From: Camelus ferus
Lineage: Eukaryota
DNA: 64,000 bases
Reading direction: 5' to 3'
Assembly: GCF_009834535.1 (NCBI RefSeq)
Contig: NC_045732.1
Location: 13,082,001 to 13,146,000, forward strand
Under the pieces are notes generated by a model. That model worked only from the letters and a program-made list of their open reading frames with translations, was not told where the DNA came from and did no database searches. Within the stretch, counting starts at the first letter, position 1, and each line of letters begins with the position of its first letter. Positions 58,801-64,000 of this stretch are shown here, one piece after another. The translations under genes and the position numbers were made by a program.

Positions 58801-59966
58801 TCCAGAGAAGGGGTCCTGGACGTCCCCCAAAAACACCCCCAGGAGGGTTCTTTGTAAAAAAAAAAAATAATAATAATCTCATCAAACTTGCCATCTCTGA
58901 TGCAGATTTGGTTCACAAAGCATTAGACTGAGTTCTCCCTTGGCTCGTGGACACGGGGCGTTTTCTCAGTAAATCACTACCAAGACAGATTTCCAGGGGG
59001 AAAATGTGCATTTAGGAGAAATAAAAAACATTTTAAAAGGATCTGCTAATTACACATGTTTACTGCCACATATTTCACAGAAATTCTATTTCACAAATGT
59101 TCACAAATTATTCATTCAAATGGTGGCATCTTCTTAAAACGAATATTTTACTCTTTAAAAATCTCCTTTCTAGGGGTTTCATGAATTCAAAGCCATCATT
59201 TCCTTTGGTTGGTTGGAGTAGGGAGGTGGCTTTGCAACCTGCCTGAATCCTGTTTGGCAAAAAACAGCAATTTACCTGGATGTCGCCCCAGATGGTCTGT
59301 TTGTAGGTTAAGGCGACTGCCTTCAATTGTGCCTTAATTCGGGGAAGCCCCTTTCGCCTTTGCAAAGGGTCTCTCGTTGAATGACAAGCAGGATTTCCAA
59401 GGGAAGGGCTAGCTTTGGTGCCAAGCTTCGACCTCAGTTTGCGAAATACCGTGTGAGCGGTTTTTCTTTCGTTTTCCCCTGCACCTCCCTGGGGACCTCT
59501 GGGATCACTGTATTATTTATAGATTGAAGAGCTTTGTTGCTAATTAACACCGCTCTAGTTGTCGGTGGGCAGAGCTGTTTGCTTTGAGGTCTTTCTGATG
59601 CTGCATTGTGGGAATTCCGCACGCTGCTGTAAGTTGGCACAGTTCTGGGTTTGGGAACCTGGGCTTGTACGCACCTATTCCATGTTCCCTGGGAGTGATG
59701 TGTGGCCCGCCGTCCTGTGACATCCCGCCCAGGGTCGCTCCCTGAGAGCTCATTCTTTGCGGTCAGAGGAAGCGGTTTCCTGACAGTAAGTCTTGGGACT
59801 GATCGTGGTGGGGTGTGTATGCCAGCTCCGTCCTCCTTTTTGTGGAAAAGAGGCCACTGTCTTGATACAGACTCATCCCAGGAACACCTCGCTGGGGGAG
59901 CTCCGGAAAAGCCTGCTGGGCCAGCGGCTTCTGAGTTTCCTAACTCAGCTGGGCATCACAGCTTAG

Positions 59967-60023
59967 ACACACACACGCAGACACATGCACGCACACACAC
60001 GCACACACACACATGCACACACA
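59967..60023. repeat. Interrupted (CA)n microsatellite
   Basis: CACACACACGCAGACACATGCACGCACACACAC... Confidence 0.9.
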
Positions 60024-60073
60024 TTTCCCACCTGATGGATGGGTGACCCTGCTGCTACAGAATTTAGATGACA

Positions 60074-60406
60074 TGTGTACAAGGTGAATAACATCCCCCC
60101 AAATTTATATCCACCCAGAGCCTCAGCATGAGATCTTGTTTGGAAACAAGGTCTCTGCAGATGGGATGACATGAATGGCCTGAGAGGAGGTCCTCCTGGA
60201 GGAGGTGGCCCTACATCCAAGGACAGTGTCCTCAGAAGAGACAGAAGAGGAGAGACACAGACACAGAGGAGACGCCACGTGGAGACGGAGGCAGCGACGG
60301 GAGGGAGGCGGCCACCAGCCCAGGGATGGACGCCCGGAGCCCCCGGAAGCTGGAAGAGGCAGGGAGGACCCTCCCCTGGAAACTCCGGAGGGAGCGCGGC
60401 CCTGGG
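60074..60406 (+). mobile_element. MLT1C/D-like MaLR LTR (homogenised core copy 5), interrupted at its 3' end
   Basis: The shared core has 11 mismatches over 222 bp to the 16212 copy. It stops abruptly at GCGCGGCCCTGGG. Confidence 0.9.
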
Positions 60407-61015
60407 TGAAGAGTGAGGACTTCTGTTCCAGCAGGTGGTAGCTAGACATGAGCAGAGAAGGGGGAACACGGGCCAAATGGCAGAAAACCATGCATCTTGT
60501 GGACAACAGGGGTCCTTGGACAGACCAAGAAAAACAGGAACTTCCAGACTGATAAAAACCACACATTCTGGGTTGACAAGTATCCTGGAGGCAAAGACAG
60601 GTGGGACAAGACAGGACTGTCCCCCATCCAAAAGTAACCTTTCACTTACGAGACCTGCATCTGAATGTAACATTTTGTTCATCATGACTTCATCTGGCTT
60701 CCTGATCATGACTAAATAAGGACACCCCCACCCCCCAGAAGGTGGAGCTGAGGTGAAGATATGGAAAGATGACCACAAACCCCTCCCGCCAATGAATATT
60801 CTGCCCATCCATTTTTATCCCCATAGAACGAGTTTGTCAAAGAAACTCGGGGCAGCTACCCACCTGAGTCTGCCCGCTCTTTCCTTGAAAGCAAACTGTC
60901 TACCCCTTAATAAATCCCTGCTTTGCTTTCTTGACCCCCATGTCTCATTCCTTGATTCCTTCTGTGACAAGACAAGAACTTTCTCACTGACGCCACCTCC
61001 ACGTATGAATCCTGA
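60407..61015 (+). mobile_element. Probable ERV1-type solo LTR inserted into the MLT1 copy
   Basis: Begins TGAAGAG, with AATAAA at 60909-60914 followed by an R/U5-like CATTCCTTGATTCCTTCTGTGACAAGACAAGAAC. TGGG occurs on both sides (60403-60406 and 61016-61019), and the MLT1 text resumes with ACAC. The right end reads GA rather than CA. Confidence 0.6.
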
Positions 61016-62679
61016 TGGGACACATTCCACCCTCCCTACGTTAAACTTGTTGCAAAGATAAGTGACCACAATCGCGTCCACAAGAAAGAAAAAACCAACA
61101 CCCAAATGAGGACCTTGCAATGCCGTTCATTACATCAAATCCTTTCTCAATATTTACTTTTTCTCAAAATTGTCTCAAAGTCCTCTTAGGTCTTGGAGAA
61201 ATTACAGGGAGTTCCCTGAAACGTTGAAGGCTCTGGGTTTCCTGGGGAATCTGTGATGTGTGCCCACATCTGAGTCTTTGGGGGAGGGTGTCTCCCTTTG
61301 AGGTCCCTTTGCTGAAACCCTGACCCTGCTGTGATCTGCGTCTGTCCCCACAGGAGGACTTGGTGAGGGCTCCTAGCCTTGCTTCATCACAGCAAGACAG
61401 CGAACCTCATAAGCTGCAATGTGTGTGCAATTTTCAGCCCCCGTGAAACTGCTTTTAATTTGAAGGCTGTGTAGCATTTCCAGCCCCCTCTCACCCTTCG
61501 GCCAGATCACTCAGATTTCACGGGCAGCAGAAATTACAGGCTCTTTTCTTGTCCGTCCCGTTTTGGTTCCTCTCTGTGGCATTCCTCCTGTCGGAGGGGG
61601 AGTTCGAGATGCCTTTACCTTTGTACACGTTTCACACTTTGATTTTCCTGAAAGAGGGAAACATGAGGGTCTCCAAGGATCAGCCTCGTTGGTGGTGACG
61701 TGTCAGAGGGAGATGGAACAGACAAAGCGGGTGGGGTGGGGGAAGCCCACGCGGGCTGACAGACGCCTCCGTGGCAGGGCGAGCTTACAGGAAATATTTT
61801 AAGAGGGCCATGATTTCAAAGAGCTGGCAGACCGTAAAACCATCAGGCTAAAGTCTCCTCTGTTGATTATCAAAGAGGGGCACAGAGCTCCCCAATCTAA
61901 TCTCATCTGTGTTCCTGGTGGGGACAGGGTCCGAGGGGGATCCCCACGCACAGCACAGGGCTCGCTGTGAGATAAGAGACTTCGGAAGGTGCTCACGGCC
62001 ACCCCAGCAGCCCAGAGCCCCGGGGCCCAGCTCCCGGGAGCCCCCCTGCCGGGGAACCTCCCCAGGCTGGTGCATCCCCAACCTTGGCAGGGCCCCAACG
62101 CCCCACTGAAGCCATGCCCTCTTACCCACAGGAGGTTGTGCTGGCTCAGGGAGTGTGCCTGGCGGGGCTGTGGGTCTGCGCTGATCCCTGCACATCTTCC
62201 CACTTTCTCGCCTGCTCCTTGGAGGTCCAACCCCACCACGGCTATACACGTCGGCCAGGGGCTCCTGGTGGAGAGGTGCTCTCCAAGAGCGGGGATGACT
62301 TCCTGCTCTCTGTCTGTCTGTCTCGAGCTGTTTATCTCTCTACCTCTGTCTCTATTTCTCTGTCTCTCTCTCCTCTATGTCTCTGTCTCCCCACCCCTCC
62401 CTCTGTCTCTTCCAGTTCTCCGTCTCCCGCCCCCTCATTACCAGGGTATCAGCTGGGAGGTGGGTTACCCGTGGGCTCGCTCGCTGAGCAGCACTTAAGG
62501 ATCACGAAGGACGCGGCGAATCCCAGGACGTTTGTTCACACTGCACTCAAGTCTCCCTTCACAAGGTCTGTCCCTTCAGTACCAAGAAGCCGGCCTTCAG
62601 TTAAGAGTGGTCCCTTTGAGCAAGATGGGGCAACATTTCTCCAGCAAACAAAATCCTAAAGTGGGCTCAAAGCAAGACG

Positions 62680-64000
62680 TTTTCAGGGACACAAGAATTG
62701 AGAACACAAGCCACCAACAAGACTTCCGCCAAAGGAGATGATATCAGGAGAACTCTGAAAGCCAGAGAGAGGTGACCCAAATAGAATATGAAAATTAGCT
62801 ATGAGATGGAGTGAAATTTTAGCATAAAGGGGTGAAGATGCCCGAGAATGTGGGTCATTGCAAATAAACACTGGCACCATGAAACTATAGTGCCTTAAGG
62901 AGTTAAAATGCAGACGGAATTAAAATGCATGACAACAAATGGTCTATAAATCTGGAGGAAGTAAGCAAACTTAAAGTTCTAAGGTATTTGCACTGTCTGG
63001 TACGAAAGTAAAAAGTAACTAACATTAGACTTTGAAAACCCAGGATGTGTGTTGTAGTATCAACGGTCACCTGCACAAGAATACGGGAAGAATCAATGAC
63101 TTTCAGGTGGGTGACAGTGATGGGGAAGCATTGCGATGAGACAGTAAAGCCCCAAATACTCCAAATAAAGAAAAGGAAAGAAATAAAACTTTTAGGGGCA
63201 AGTACAAAGGTCACTAAGGTAAAGACACAGATGGGTAATGACTGAAAAATGCTTATACGCCTGGAAATTAAATTTCTAAATAGCCCAGAGGTCCTAACAG
63301 ACATTGGGAAACACTATAAGATGAAAGACAAGAAACAGCTCAAAACATTAGAGTTATAAGTTAAAACCACGCTGAGGGCAAAAGTGTATGCTTTAAAGGC
63401 AGCTAGAAAAGATTGGGGGGAAAAAATCGGTGTGCAAAACAACCTTCTTGGGAAGTTAGAAAAAGAACGGCAAAAACTCACGTAAACTAGTGGGAACTAA
63501 ATAATAAAAACAAAGTCAAAATTAACTGAGAGGAAAATAAATGCATAACACGGAGCGCTGTCGTCAAAAGACAACACGGGGAGGGGAAATGTTGATAATA
63601 TAGACAAATAAAATCAGAGGAGGCATAAAGAAGGAATATCAAGGAGAAAAAATGGGAAATTACTATGGGTCCTATAAACATTTACCATTTTGTAACAGAA
63701 GATTGCGAACGTTGCGCTTATAAAATTGAAACTGCAGCTAGAATGAAGCAATTTGTAAAAATATATAATTAAAAACTGACACCTAAAGAAATAGAAAATA
63801 TATTGGAAATGGACACATCATTGTAAACTGACTATAACTCAATAAAGTAAAAGTTAAAAAAAGAAACAGAAAATAGAGACTTTGATAACCGCCAAAGAGG
63901 TGGAACCTATGATTGTAGACATTTACACAAAGAAGTCTAGACCCAGAAGTCGCTGGCGTAACCCTTTCACTGAAACCTACGAGGGGAAAAAAAAAATCAC
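62680..64000 (+). mobile_element. Old, highly decayed LINE-1 internal region (ORF1 end / ORF2 start remnant)
   Basis: A-rich sense strand with GAAATTAAATTTCTAAATAGCCCAGAGGTC..., AAAACTGACACCTAAAGAAATAGAAAAT... and AAGAAGTCTAGACCCAGA, collinear with L1 ORF2. No open frame remains. Confidence 0.7.
63801..63859 (+). mobile_element. Minimal young L1 3' tail (about 59 bp) inserted in the old L1, with 16-bp TSD
   Basis: GAAATGGACACATCATTGTAAACTGACTATAACTCAATAAAG is flanked by AAAGAAATAGAAAATA (63785-63800) and AAAGAAACAGAAAATA (63860-63875). Confidence 0.8.

Noticed and set aside
1-64000. SHOX or other homeobox coding exons
   Set aside because: No MEELTAFVSKSF-like N-terminus and no homeodomain (RRSRTNFT...WFQNRR) is present in the six-frame track. 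Small exons without a start codon could be missed.

Overview
This is mammalian genomic DNA from a draft assembly with four N gaps. It is GC- and CpG-rich and looks like a gene desert; I found no credible protein-coding exon, RNA gene, CRISPR array or prokaryotic system. The young LINE-1 3' tails are of cetartiodactyl type, and I saw no ruminant (Bov-A/tA/BovB), suid (PRE-1) or cetacean/hippo (CHR) SINEs in 64 kb, so a camelid is the best inference. The window is a mosaic of old L1M fragments, MaLR (MLT1/MLT2) and ERV1-like solo LTRs, two DNA-transposon fossils, microsatellites and minisatellites. Between these lie many AT-rich, TAAT/ATTA-dense unique blocks that resemble conserved developmental enhancers. 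High CpG retention, locally homogenised repeats, (TGGA)n/(TCTA)n arrays and enhancer-like blocks together suggest a high-recombination subtelomeric region. The X/Y pseudoautosomal desert around SHOX is plausible, but this is inference and no SHOX exon was found. The most interesting observations are three. (1) Five MLT1C/D-like LTR copies share a core (about 95% identical in the pair aligned by eye) with divergent ends, and three L1MB fragments show the same pattern, pointing to local concerted evolution by gene conversion. (2) A 1.95-kb two-unit (43/46 bp) minisatellite multiplies NF-kB-, TEAD- and E-box-type motifs and is open in all three + frames. (3) There are nested or TSD-bounded insertions. 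I cannot support a claim of a new biological system. Repeat family names come from recalled consensus sequences rather than a database search, and boundaries are approximate unless a TSD is given.
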